From Patescibacteria group bacterium (GTDB lineage Bacteria; Patescibacteriota; Minisyncoccia; Phycocordibacterales; PALSA-1337): a DNA stretch of 32,633 bases. Below, piece by piece: positions 8,401-16,661 of this stretch. Both the position numbers and the translations under genes were made by a program. The notes beneath the pieces are model-generated. The model made no database searches, was not told the DNA's origin, and saw only the letters and a program-made list of their open reading frames with translations. Where the stretch lies: contig JAUPUH010000064.1 of the NCBI GenBank assembly GCA_030917665.1, forward strand, positions 1 to 32,633, in the 5' to 3' direction. Every line of letters begins with the position of its first letter. The stretch's first letter is position 1.

Positions 8401-8560
8401 GATAATTCTCAATAAGCAGTTCATAATTCACTGGGGTAATAGCTGGCTGATTCATGCTGTTGTATACGAATGCAGTGGCTGATGAAAAAATACTCATCAT
8501 AAGCAAAGAAAGCAGGCTTACATATATAATTATTTCAATAAGTGTGAATCCTTTATTCAT
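8390..8560 (-). CDS. 56-aa prepilin-type N-terminal methylation-domain protein (absent from the ORF track)
   Basis: My manual translation is MNKGFTLIEIIIYVSLLSLLMMSIFSSATAFVYNSMNQPAITPVNYELLIENYHED*. It has the canonical G|FTLIE signal. The ATG overlaps the stop of 8553..9860 by 8 nt. Confidence 0.55.
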   Translation of the reverse strand: MNKGFTLIEIIIYVSLLSLLMMSIFSSATAFVYNSMNQPAITPVNYELLIENYHED

Positions 8561-9860
8561 ATAATTTTAATAGCGATACCCCCTTAGAATCCCCGGTTGC
8601 GAAATATAATGCAAATCCATCACAAGACATTCTTACAGGATTTGTGCCGAGTGGAACATCAAAAATTAGTTTAGAAAAACCAGAACTCCAAACTTGAAGT
8701 TCGTGCCCAAGTGCATGGGTTAGCAATATTGTGTACTCAGGCTGTATAAGAATTCCATACACTCCTCCAGGAATGTCTTTTGATGCATAACTTTCTGACG
8801 ATGAACTAAAAAGAAAAGTTTCGTGATTTGTAGTTACATTAAAGCCTCCCACGGTCCTCCCAAAACCAAGCGTTCCCTCAAAAAAATCAAGTACCTTCCC
8901 TGTTTGAGTCTGCCAACCTGAGGAGGAAAACTCGCTCAGAAGTACTGGGGCTCTCTTATCTTCCATATCAAGCACTCTCAGCTGATCTTCATCTGCGGTT
9001 GCAAGGTATGCTTTATTATCCTGGACATAAATATCATTAATAACAGTATTCGTCTCAAACGTACCGACAATGAATGGATCATTGATATTTGAAACATCAA
9101 TTATTGTAAACTCGGGACCGCCCCACTTTGCTGAACCTAAGTATATGAATCCTTTTGAATAAAAAATCGATGTCGCAACAGGAGCTGTGGTCGTTGGGGT
9201 TGGTAAGGTAAGTCTAAGTTGAGAAATAAGCTGCGGTGTCATCCTGTTATGTATGTCTATTATCTGCAGTTGATTGACTGAACTTGCTTGCGCAACAAAC
9301 GCATATGGTCCAGCAATCTCGAGAGCATTGATCCCAGGGCCAGTATTGAGTGAGGAGATGATTTTAAAATCTGATTGATCCTTTGTATCAATAATAAAAA
9401 AATCATGTGCTGATGAGGATGATGAATCTGCGCTTAGGTATGCAATCCCATTTCGACCTTCGATATCTGTACTTGTATTCGCTACACCAATATTGATTCC
9501 CTCAGAAAAGTATTCAATATTTTCTTCATCGAGTTTGAGTCGTGGATAACATCCGCTCCTTCCCCAAGCCGCTTCGTAATCTGAATGTGCAAGAACAAAA
9601 GGATTAATAGTAAATAATTTCGTATTGTTACCAAAACTTCCAAATCCAAGTAAGTTCTGAAAACCACCCTTAGCAAATTCGTCAGCGCCCAGAACAGAAA
9701 TCTTCAAACTCTCTAACTCTTCAAGAGACCATTCTTTCAATTTCCACATTGATGATTGGAGAGTAAAAGCTGCGAGAGTAAAAAGAATCAAGAGCGAAAA
9801 CGCCACCATGATCTCTGTGGTTAGGAATCCTTTATTTTGTGAGATGGTTTGTGATTTCAT
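8553..9860 (-). CDS. prepilin-signal protein fused to an LVIVD-repeat beta-propeller-like domain
   Basis: The N-terminus is QNKG|FLTTEIMVAFSLLILF, with Glu at +5. At least four LVIVD-like repeats follow: HDFFIIDTKDQSDFKIISSL, NQLQIIDIHNRMTPQLISQL, PEFTIIDVSNINDPFIVGTF and DQLRVLDMEDKRAPVLLSEF. Confidence 0.75.
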   Translation of the reverse strand: MKSQTISQNKGFLTTEIMVAFSLLILFTLAAFTLQSSMWKLKEWSLEELESLKISVLGADEFAKGGFQNLLGFGSFGNNTKLFTINPFVLAHSDYEAAWGRSGCYPRLKLDEENIEYFSEGINIGVANTSTDIEGRNGIAYLSADSSSSSAHDFFIIDTKDQSDFKIISSLNTGPGINALEIAGPYAFVAQASSVNQLQIIDIHNRMTPQLISQLRLTLPTPTTTAPVATSIFYSKGFIYLGSAKWGGPEFTIIDVSNINDPFIVGTFETNTVINDIYVQDNKAYLATADEDQLRVLDMEDKRAPVLLSEFSSSGWQTQTGKVLDFFEGTLGFGRTVGGFNVTTNHETFLFSSSSESYASKDIPGGVYGILIQPEYTILLTHALGHELQVWSSGFSKLIFDVPLGTNPVRMSCDGFALYFATGDSKGVSLLKLYE

Positions 9861-10914
9861 ACACAGGCAAGATTATAGATAGTGCTACGGAACCGACAAT
9901 TAATCCCATAAGTACCATTAAGGTTGGTTCGATAAGGGAGGAAAATCTCTTGAGAGAATCGTCTATATCCTGGTCAAATATCCTCGAGCAGTGTCCAAGC
10001 ATTTGAGCTAAATTTCCAGTCTTTTCGCCAAGCGCAGACATTTCAGATAGAAGCAGGGGAAATAAATCACGGCGCTTTTTTATTGATACTGAAAGAGAGA
10101 CTCCTTGAATCGTCTCTTCGTATATTTCACCAAATGCTATTTTATAAACAATATTACTTGTTGATTGTTGTGTGAAAAGCAAAAAATCAGGCACACTCTT
10201 TCCGGAAGATAAAAATATTTCTCCCATGCGACAAACAGAACTCATCAAATACGTCTTTACGGAAGAACTTAGGAGTGGTAAAGAAATAATTGTTCGATGA
10301 AATCTACTTTTCACATACACACTCTTCGCTATAAGAATATTGGTGGCTACAATTAAAACTAAAATGCAGCCCGAAACTAATAGTCCATACGACAACGAGA
10401 AGTAGTAAACACCTTGAACAATACGAGTAATCAATGGAAGCTTGATATCGAGACTACTGAGGAGAGGAATAATTTTCGGAAAAATATAGAGGACGAGAAA
10501 AAGGGTCATCGCTATTGTGGCAAAAATGATGAACATCGGATAAAGAAGTGAAGTAATGAGCTTCTTTTTCATTTCATTCCTTTTCTCAAGATACGAGTAT
10601 GCTTGAAGCAACGTTTCTGAAAGACTCCCAGTTGACTCACCATTCTGAATAAGACTAACGAGCAAACCATTGAACCTTATCCCGGAATTCCTAATACTCT
10701 TACTTAGTGATATTCCTTGCTGGATGCTTTTAAGTAGCTCGTCATAAATATGCTTTCTTGGCACACAATTTTCCATATTCTGCATCATAGACAACGCTTC
10801 TGACATCGATATTCCAGATTTGAGAAGTAGAGAAAGCCTATGTGCAAAATGCATTTGGTCAGATAGACTGAATGCTGCAATTTTAATTTTTGTATGTCTC
10901 TTACTCATGAACAA
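9832..10914 (-). CDS. pilC: type IV pilus / T2SS platform protein (GspF/PilC family)
   Basis: 360 aa polytopic membrane protein with a duplicated T2SSF-like architecture. It overlaps pilB by 14 nt and the downstream gene by 29 nt. Confidence 0.85.
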   Translation of the reverse strand: MFMSKRHTKIKIAAFSLSDQMHFAHRLSLLLKSGISMSEALSMMQNMENCVPRKHIYDELLKSIQQGISLSKSIRNSGIRFNGLLVSLIQNGESTGSLSETLLQAYSYLEKRNEMKKKLITSLLYPMFIIFATIAMTLFLVLYIFPKIIPLLSSLDIKLPLITRIVQGVYYFSLSYGLLVSGCILVLIVATNILIAKSVYVKSRFHRTIISLPLLSSSVKTYLMSSVCRMGEIFLSSGKSVPDFLLFTQQSTSNIVYKIAFGEIYEETIQGVSLSVSIKKRRDLFPLLLSEMSALGEKTGNLAQMLGHCSRIFDQDIDDSLKRFSSLIEPTLMVLMGLIVGSVALSIILPVYEITNHLTK

Positions 10915-12031
10915 TTCTTAGTATCTCTTCTTGGGTAGTAATTCCCTTCTCGACCTTTTCCATTCCATCCTCATACATACTTCTCATACCCTTACTTCGC
11001 ACATATCTACTAATTTCTGCATGAGAAGTGCGCGCCATAATATACTTTCTCAACTCTTCATCAACAATGAGGGTTTCTGCAATCACCGTTCGACCTTTAA
11101 ATCCAAGTGTCCCACACGCTCCGCAACCAGCCCCTTTGCACTGCTGACATACCTTCCTCACAAGTCGTTGGGCGATGACAAGTGAGAGCGTTGAAGCCAC
11201 TAGATATGGATCGACGCCCATATCAATAAGTCGAGGAATCGATCCGAGGGCCGAATTTGTATGAAGTGTTGATAATAAGAGATGTCCTGTAAGAGAAATA
11301 TTTGTTGCAATCTGAGCGGTTTCTGTATCCCGAATCTCCCCAACCATAATAATGTCTGGGTCTTGCCGCACAATTGATCTCAAACCATTTGCAAAAGTAA
11401 TTCCGTGTCTCGAATGAATTTGTATTTGGCGAATTCCTGGCATCGCATACTCAATAGGGTCTTCAAGTGTAATAATTGAATTTTTTTCTGACGACAAGGC
11501 AGAGATAAGTGTATAGAGCGTAGAAGTCTTTCCCGAGCCAGTCGGGCCCGTAACCAAGATCATTCCTTGATGATACGAAAGACACTGTACGATTCTACTA
11601 ACATCATGATCAGAAAAACCAAGCTTACCTAGTGTTGGTATATCACTATCATTCCTTAGTAGTCGCATAACAACATTTTCCCCGTGGTGTGTGGGAATAA
11701 TTGATACGCGTATATCACAATCACAAATACCCTGAGCAAACCTGAACCTGCCATCTTGTGGCACAAAATGTATATCTGTGCGCAGTCCAGAAAGCACCTT
11801 GATTCTTGCAATAAGCTCCTCATGCAAATCATTTGAAAGTGTGTCGGCGTACATAAGCATTCCATCAACACGAAATCGTATCGTCACACCCTCCTGCGCT
11901 GGGTCAATATGCACATCAGAAGCACCGCGATGAAAGCCATGGGTTATAAGCGAGTCGACAAGTTCAACTATAGAACGAATATCGTGAAGCGTGAGATCAT
12001 TATTCGGAATTGCATATGTTTTTTCTGACAT
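10901..12031 (-). CDS. pilB: type IV pilus / T2SS assembly ATPase (GspE/PilB family), short form
   Basis: The motifs present are Walker A GPTGSGKTST, Asp box EDPIEY, Walker B DPDIIMVGEIRD, His box GHLLLSTLHTN and the tetracysteine CQQCKGAGCGAC. At 376 aa it lacks the long N-terminal domain. Confidence 0.9.
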   Translation of the reverse strand: MSEKTYAIPNNDLTLHDIRSIVELVDSLITHGFHRGASDVHIDPAQEGVTIRFRVDGMLMYADTLSNDLHEELIARIKVLSGLRTDIHFVPQDGRFRFAQGICDCDIRVSIIPTHHGENVVMRLLRNDSDIPTLGKLGFSDHDVSRIVQCLSYHQGMILVTGPTGSGKTSTLYTLISALSSEKNSIITLEDPIEYAMPGIRQIQIHSRHGITFANGLRSIVRQDPDIIMVGEIRDTETAQIATNISLTGHLLLSTLHTNSALGSIPRLIDMGVDPYLVASTLSLVIAQRLVRKVCQQCKGAGCGACGTLGFKGRTVIAETLIVDEELRKYIMARTSHAEISRYVRSKGMRSMYEDGMEKVEKGITTQEEILRIVHE

Positions 12032-12153
12032 AAAGAAAGAATAACAAAGCAGTATGAAGAGACGATTAAATACTTCTAAAATCTGATTAAAATTGCAGAA
12101 AAGTGTGGATATCTATTAAAAATTTTCAATACAACGTATACCCGCTACCAAAG

Positions 12154-12182
12154 TTGCTTTACTTAATTTTCTATTGTATATT
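12154..12182 (+). promoter_or_regulatory. sigma70-like promoter for 12271..13017
   Basis: TTGCTT (12154-12159), N17, TATATT (12177-12182). The leader is about 85 nt and contains a 10-bp bulged hairpin at 12192-12225. Confidence 0.45.
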
Positions 12183-12270
12183 ATCGTCTGGCTGCCTGAT
12201 TGAAACCCTGAAATAATCACGGCAGGAATTTGTTCAAAAAAACCAAGACTGAAAAACTGCATTAAAACCT

Positions 12271-13017
12271 ATGGCAAAAAGCTCAAATGAGGCGTCGGAA
12301 ATTCCGACGGAAGAATGTCACTTAATCAAAATGGGGCCTGTGTACGTCGGAAAAGGTGTGTCAGGAAAAATGCTGAAAGCCCGCTTCGGATACCATGTGC
12401 ATCAAATCATAATCGGCGATCTGGTAAGGTCACGATTGCAGGATGACGTTGAATTTGCGAGTGACTTCGGCAAAATGCTGGGTGCTCGCGATCTGTTACC
12501 CGATCCTGTCGTGATTCCGATGGCACGTGCGTCTTACGAAAAAGGTAAATCCATCGGCTGTCCACTCTTTGAGTGGGATGGCTTCGGACGAACTGGGATG
12601 CAAATCGAGATGATGGCTAAGTGGGGATTGCTGAACCCTCAGAATACCCGCTGCCTGATCCTCGAAGCCGACGACGACACTTGCTGGCAACGTTACTTAC
12701 ACTCATTGGAAAACAATACCCGGAAGCACCGTACTGATGTAAGCGACGGTAACTTCAAGAAAGCCATGTCCTTGTACAAATGGCACCGGCCATTCGTGCT
12801 TGAGGCCTTGCAAGCAGCCAAGATCAAGCCCGTCTTTATTGATGCAAATCAAGAACTCGAAACGGTTGCCGACCTGGTTGTCGGGCACGCGCTTGAACTC
12901 CATTACCCTTTGGGGTGGCTGGCGTCTGTCACAAAGCAAAGCACCTCAGACCTTGTAACGCCTGAATCGGTGGGTCCCTGGGCCAACTTCACAGGATTGC
13001 GTCAAACGGTGTTCTAA
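12271..13017 (+). CDS. divergent adenylate-kinase-like (NMP kinase fold) protein with degenerate P-loop
   Basis: LIKMGPVYVGKGVSGKML...IIIGDLVRSRL...LLPDPVVIPM...WDGFGRTGMQIEMM...RTDVSDGNFKKAMSLYKWH...VFIDANQELETVADLV is colinear with Adk (GAPGAGKGT, STGDMLR, LVTDELVI, LLDGFPRT, RxDD, VDG). The P-loop is GPVYVGKGV instead of GxPGxGKGT. Confidence 0.7.
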   Translation: MAKSSNEASEIPTEECHLIKMGPVYVGKGVSGKMLKARFGYHVHQIIIGDLVRSRLQDDVEFASDFGKMLGARDLLPDPVVIPMARASYEKGKSIGCPLFEWDGFGRTGMQIEMMAKWGLLNPQNTRCLILEADDDTCWQRYLHSLENNTRKHRTDVSDGNFKKAMSLYKWHRPFVLEALQAAKIKPVFIDANQELETVADLVVGHALELHYPLGWLASVTKQSTSDLVTPESVGPWANFTGLRQTVF

Positions 13018-13041
13018 ATCAGTTATCAGTTTCATTAAATC

Positions 13042-13078
13042 GCGGTCTACCATCATGGATGGAGACCGCTTTTTCTTT
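13042..13078 (+). terminator. intrinsic terminator
   Basis: Stem gcggtct(a)ccat / atgg agaccgc followed by tttttctttt. Confidence 0.75.
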
Positions 13079-13138
13079 TGCACAGGTATGGCTTGCCAGA
13101 ATGGATTTTGTGTAGTATCGTTCTCCATTGGCTGCTCT

Positions 13139-13426
13139 TCAATTGTTTTCTATGGAATGGAAAACGGCAGCTTTTCTGAAAGATAGTAACAACATAATAC
13201 TATGGCACGAGAAAGCAAACCCCCGGTCAAACTCCAGATTCATAAACTCAGACTCACTCCGGTCGTCGTAACCAGCAAGCTTGTGAAGCCTGGTGCACGC
13301 CTCTCCGGAAACCGCGTCGCCCAATCGGCAACCGCCCCCATGTTGTCGCAACGCTAACGCAAGTACAAATTTTCGCCATTCACGGTCACCTAACGTTTTG
13401 GGTGGCCTCTTCTTTTGTCTCGACAC
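13139..13426 (-). CDS. doubtful hypothetical ORF in a GC-rich spacer
   Basis: 95-aa ORF with a GTG start, no convincing SD and no family I recognise. It may be a non-coding spacer or a gene remnant. Confidence 0.25.
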   Translation of the reverse strand: MSRQKKRPPKTLGDREWRKFVLALALRQHGGGCRLGDAVSGEACTRLHKLAGYDDRSESEFMNLEFDRGFAFSCHSIMLLLSFRKAAVFHSIENN

Positions 13427-13434
13427 TCTGAAGT

Positions 13435-13464
13435 TTGACTTTTCCTCTATTTTTGTGCTTTAAT
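13435..13464 (+). promoter_or_regulatory. promoter of typA
   Basis: TTGACT (13435-13440), N18 including TGc, TTTAAT (13459-13464). Confidence 0.45.
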
Positions 13465-13494
13465 GGCTACTCAACTTTAAACCTTAATTTACTT

Positions 13495-15285
13495 ATGGAT
13501 ATACGAAACATCGCGATTATTGCCCACGTGGACCACGGAAAGACCACGTTGACCGACGCTATCATGACCCAGTGTGGACATGGTGACGATGGAACCATGG
13601 ACTCAAACGCTCTTGAACAGGAGCGCGGCATTACTATTTACGCGAAAAATACATCTATAGAGTACAAAGGTACTAAAATCAACATCGTTGACACTCCAGG
13701 TCACGCCGACTTCGGTTCAGAGGTGGAACGAGTTCTTCGATCTATCGACACAGTGCTTCTCGTCGTTGATGCGCAGGAAGGACCTATGCCCCAGACACGA
13801 TTCGTACTCAAGAAATCTCTCGAACTCGGACTCAAGCCTATCGTCATCATCAACAAAATCGACAAGCCAGCTGCAAACCCTGACCACTGCCACGAAATGG
13901 TTCTCGAACTCTTCATGGAACTTGGAGCAAACGACAAGCAGCTCGACTTCCCTACTATTTATGCTATCGGACGACAAGGTGTCGCGATGAAGAAACTTGA
14001 TGATGAGCGAAAGGACCTTACCCCTCTTCTTGATATGATTCTTGAGCATGTCCCACCAGCAAACAAAGATCATAGCGCAACAGGACCACTTACAGTTCAA
14101 ACATTCAACCTTGGCTATGACAATTTCCTCGGACGACTCGCTATCGGACGTATTTATGATGGAACAATCAAGATGGGTCAGACAGTTTTTGAAAAAAAAA
14201 TTGATGGAACAGTGAACTCAGGAAAAATCACAAAACTTTTCACTTTTGAAGGAAAGAAGCGAGTAGAAATCCAGGAAGCTACAGCGGGTGACATCGTTAC
14301 AATCGCTGGTTTCCCTGACATCTATATCGGAGAAACACTTACAGATAACGCAGATACACCTGCTATGCCAGCCATCAAGATCGACGAGCCTACCATTTCC
14401 CTCAACTTCTTCGTTAACAGCTCCCCATTCGCTGGAAAAGAAGGAAAATTCGTAACAGGACGACAGATTCGTGAGCGACTTGAGAAAGAACTTGAGATCA
14501 ACGTCGGACTTAAGGTTGATTTTGGCTCAAATGAATTCTACCGAGTTTACGGACGAGGCGAACTCCACATCGCTGTGCTTTTGGAAAATATGCGACGAGA
14601 GGGTTACGAGCTCCAAGTGTCACAGCCTCAAGTTATCGTCAAAGAAATCGACGGAGTTAAAAGCGAACCGTTCGAGGAACTTACAATTGATACTCCAGAT
14701 GAATTTACTGGTGCGATCATCGAAAAGCTTGGAAAGCGAAAGGCTTCTATGCTTGATATGAAATCAAAAGAAGGTGTAACTCGAATGGTATTTGAAATTC
14801 CTACACGCGGACTTCTCGGTTATCGAGGTGCTTTCGTTATCGATACAAAAGGTAATGGTATTCTTGCCAGCCGATTCCTCGACTTCAAGCCGTATGCTGG
14901 AGAAATCGAAAAGCATTCAACAGGTTCTATGACATCTATGATGACTGGAAAGGCTCTCGCATTCGCACTCTGGAATCTCCAGGAGCGAGGACGAATTTTC
15001 ATTGATCCTACTACAGAAGTGTATGAAGGAATGGTTGTTGGAGATACTTCTAAGGGAGATGATATGGATGTTAATCCATGCAAAGGTAAAGCTATGTCAA
15101 ACATGAGATCTTCTGGAAATGATGAGCACATCATGCTCACACCCGCTTGGAAACTCGACGTTGAAAAAGGACTCGAAACAATGCGAGGCGATGAATATCT
15201 CGAAATCACTCCAAAGAATGTACGCTTGAGAAAGAAATTCCTCACCGATACAGACCGAGCGAAGAATCGAAGAAAGGATCTATAA
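13495..15285 (+). CDS. typA: translational GTPase TypA/BipA
   Basis: MDIRNIAIIAHVDHGKTTLTD, DTPGHADFGSEVER and NKIDK are present, with an EF-G-like domain order and the TypA C-terminal domain. I take the start at ATG 13495, not the track start at 13435. Confidence 0.95.
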   Translation: MDIRNIAIIAHVDHGKTTLTDAIMTQCGHGDDGTMDSNALEQERGITIYAKNTSIEYKGTKINIVDTPGHADFGSEVERVLRSIDTVLLVVDAQEGPMPQTRFVLKKSLELGLKPIVIINKIDKPAANPDHCHEMVLELFMELGANDKQLDFPTIYAIGRQGVAMKKLDDERKDLTPLLDMILEHVPPANKDHSATGPLTVQTFNLGYDNFLGRLAIGRIYDGTIKMGQTVFEKKIDGTVNSGKITKLFTFEGKKRVEIQEATAGDIVTIAGFPDIYIGETLTDNADTPAMPAIKIDEPTISLNFFVNSSPFAGKEGKFVTGRQIRERLEKELEINVGLKVDFGSNEFYRVYGRGELHIAVLLENMRREGYELQVSQPQVIVKEIDGVKSEPFEELTIDTPDEFTGAIIEKLGKRKASMLDMKSKEGVTRMVFEIPTRGLLGYRGAFVIDTKGNGILASRFLDFKPYAGEIEKHSTGSMTSMMTGKALAFALWNLQERGRIFIDPTTEVYEGMVVGDTSKGDDMDVNPCKGKAMSNMRSSGNDEHIMLTPAWKLDVEKGLETMRGDEYLEITPKNVRLRKKFLTDTDRAKNRRKDL

Positions 15286-15318
15286 GAAAAAGCCCCGCAA
15301 CCATCGCGGGGCTTTTTG
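15286..15318. terminator. bidirectional intrinsic terminator (typA and the convergent 15323..16546 gene)
   Basis: Stem agccccgc / gcggggct with a 7-nt loop, an A-run upstream and a T-run downstream. Confidence 0.85.
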
Positions 15319-15322
15319 AAAA

Positions 15323-16546
15323 CTACTTCAGACCTCTGTACAAGCGCCTGATGGTCTCGACTGCATGGATGACTGCTTCTTGTTTATCAGCAATCGCCTT
15401 TGCGGTATGATACCTGCCGTACCGAGCCATGTGAGCTCCACGTCCGATAAGTCGTCCAATCCTTTGGGGACTGATCTTCAAATCGACGTCGAGTAAATAG
15501 GCTGCGATGTAACGTGCTCGAGCAAACCGTGTGAGCGAACTTGAACTACTCAATTGTTTGGGGGTCAATCCGAACACCTGACAAACTATGAACACCAGCG
15601 TTTCTTCGTGGGTGTCCTGTATGATAGGCGTGAATTCCTTGAATTGAAGCTCATAGGGACGGTCCTTTGCAGCTTGTTTCCAAGTTTCTTTTTCGCGAGC
15701 AAACAGTGAGCCGATCTCGACTTGTTCTTCCACGCTCGGAAGCAATGGTGAAATGGGAATTGTTTCTCTAAATTTTCTCTCAAAAGCCTGGATGCGCTTC
15801 AAGAGTCTTTGGAGATGCTCTGGATTTGTTATTGGAGATTTCGCAACCTCCAACCTGTGCCAGATGTAATCAATGGCTTTCTGGGGAGTCGCCCAATTGA
15901 CTCGCCATTTCTCGGCAAGCTGCCGAAATGAAAGCTTTGTGCGGCCGTTGAGACCGAAAAAGCCTTCGAAGAACTCCATGTCCCTCTGCCGATTCGACAG
16001 CGGAATGACCCGAAGTAATCCGAGCATAACAGCAATCGGATCAGCAAGTTGTGAGAGCAATGATCGTGCGACCAAAAACTCTTGTGGTGACAAGGGCGGC
16101 TGGCTTTCTTCCCTGTCCCGCATCCTCTTCTTCGCATCATCAACGACAGTTTTCACTGCCACCGTGAAGGCTTGGAGATTTGACCGGACTTGAGAGTTCT
16201 GCACCTTTTCTAAGGCACGGGCCATTTTTGAGACCATATCCTCGTTAGCTCGTACCCGTTGCCGGAAACGAGCCAATACCTTTCGAACACGACGCGAAAA
16301 GTACGCAAAGAAAGATCGTCCTCGATTTTCATAGGGAAACAAATTGCTTCCAGTATGTAATTCATGAACAAACTCATCAACCAAAATTGCTCTGTGTATC
16401 GGCAATGCCTTCTCACAGTTTGGAATGATTTTTTGAGCGACAATGCTCCTGATCACCTCTGGTTCCACAACGCCCGGGAAAGCGTTGAGGAAAATCAATC
16501 TTCCGTGCAGGGCGATTGTCTCGCCTACAATTCGATTAGTTTCCAT
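15323..16546 (-). CDS. sigma-70-like protein with C-terminal DnaA-domain-IV-like HTH (GC-rich block 3)
   Basis: The start is ATG 16546, with SD AGGAGG (16552-16557) 5 nt upstream. The region-2-like segment is LVDEFVHELHTGSNLFPYENRGRSFFAYFSRRVRKVLARF. The region-4-like segment is LSNRQRDMEFFEGFFGLNGRTKLSFRQLAEKWRVNWATPQKAIDYIWHRL. The C-terminal segment VCQVFGLTPKQLSSSSSLTRFARARYIAAYLLDVDLKISPQRIGRLIGRG resembles Bac_DnaA_C. Confidence 0.75.
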   Translation of the reverse strand: METNRIVGETIALHGRLIFLNAFPGVVEPEVIRSIVAQKIIPNCEKALPIHRAILVDEFVHELHTGSNLFPYENRGRSFFAYFSRRVRKVLARFRQRVRANEDMVSKMARALEKVQNSQVRSNLQAFTVAVKTVVDDAKKRMRDREESQPPLSPQEFLVARSLLSQLADPIAVMLGLLRVIPLSNRQRDMEFFEGFFGLNGRTKLSFRQLAEKWRVNWATPQKAIDYIWHRLEVAKSPITNPEHLQRLLKRIQAFERKFRETIPISPLLPSVEEQVEIGSLFAREKETWKQAAKDRPYELQFKEFTPIIQDTHEETLVFIVCQVFGLTPKQLSSSSSLTRFARARYIAAYLLDVDLKISPQRIGRLIGRGAHMARYGRYHTAKAIADKQEAVIHAVETIRRLYRGLK

Positions 16547-16610
16547 CGTAACCTCCTGGGTTAGTTTGTTTTCGGTTGCACTCTTTAAACAACAAAGAGC
16601 ATTCACTTTG

Positions 16611-16640
16611 ATGGTATCACCGTCCTATAGCTAGGGTCAA
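16611..16640 (-). promoter_or_regulatory. promoter of the sigma-like gene
   Basis: The minus strand reads TTGACC (16640-16635), N18 with TGa, TACCAT (16616-16611). The 11-nt palindrome gtcaatttgac (16636-16646) overlaps the -35 element. Confidence 0.45.
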
Positions 16641-16661
16641 TTTGACATTATTCCCAATGCG

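Noticed and set aside
8011-8560. I considered whether the 56-aa prepilin ORF and the 8011..8424 ORF are one frameshifted pseudogene.
   Set aside because: The downstream ORF has its own N-terminal hydrophobic pilin-like segment, and its ATG overlaps the upstream stop in the manner of coupled genes. A sequencing indel cannot be excluded without the reads.
12946-13128. A 60-aa minus-strand ORF spans the Adk-like gene end and its terminator.
   Set aside because: It overlaps the 3' end of a well-supported gene and the terminator hairpin, and it has no start signals.
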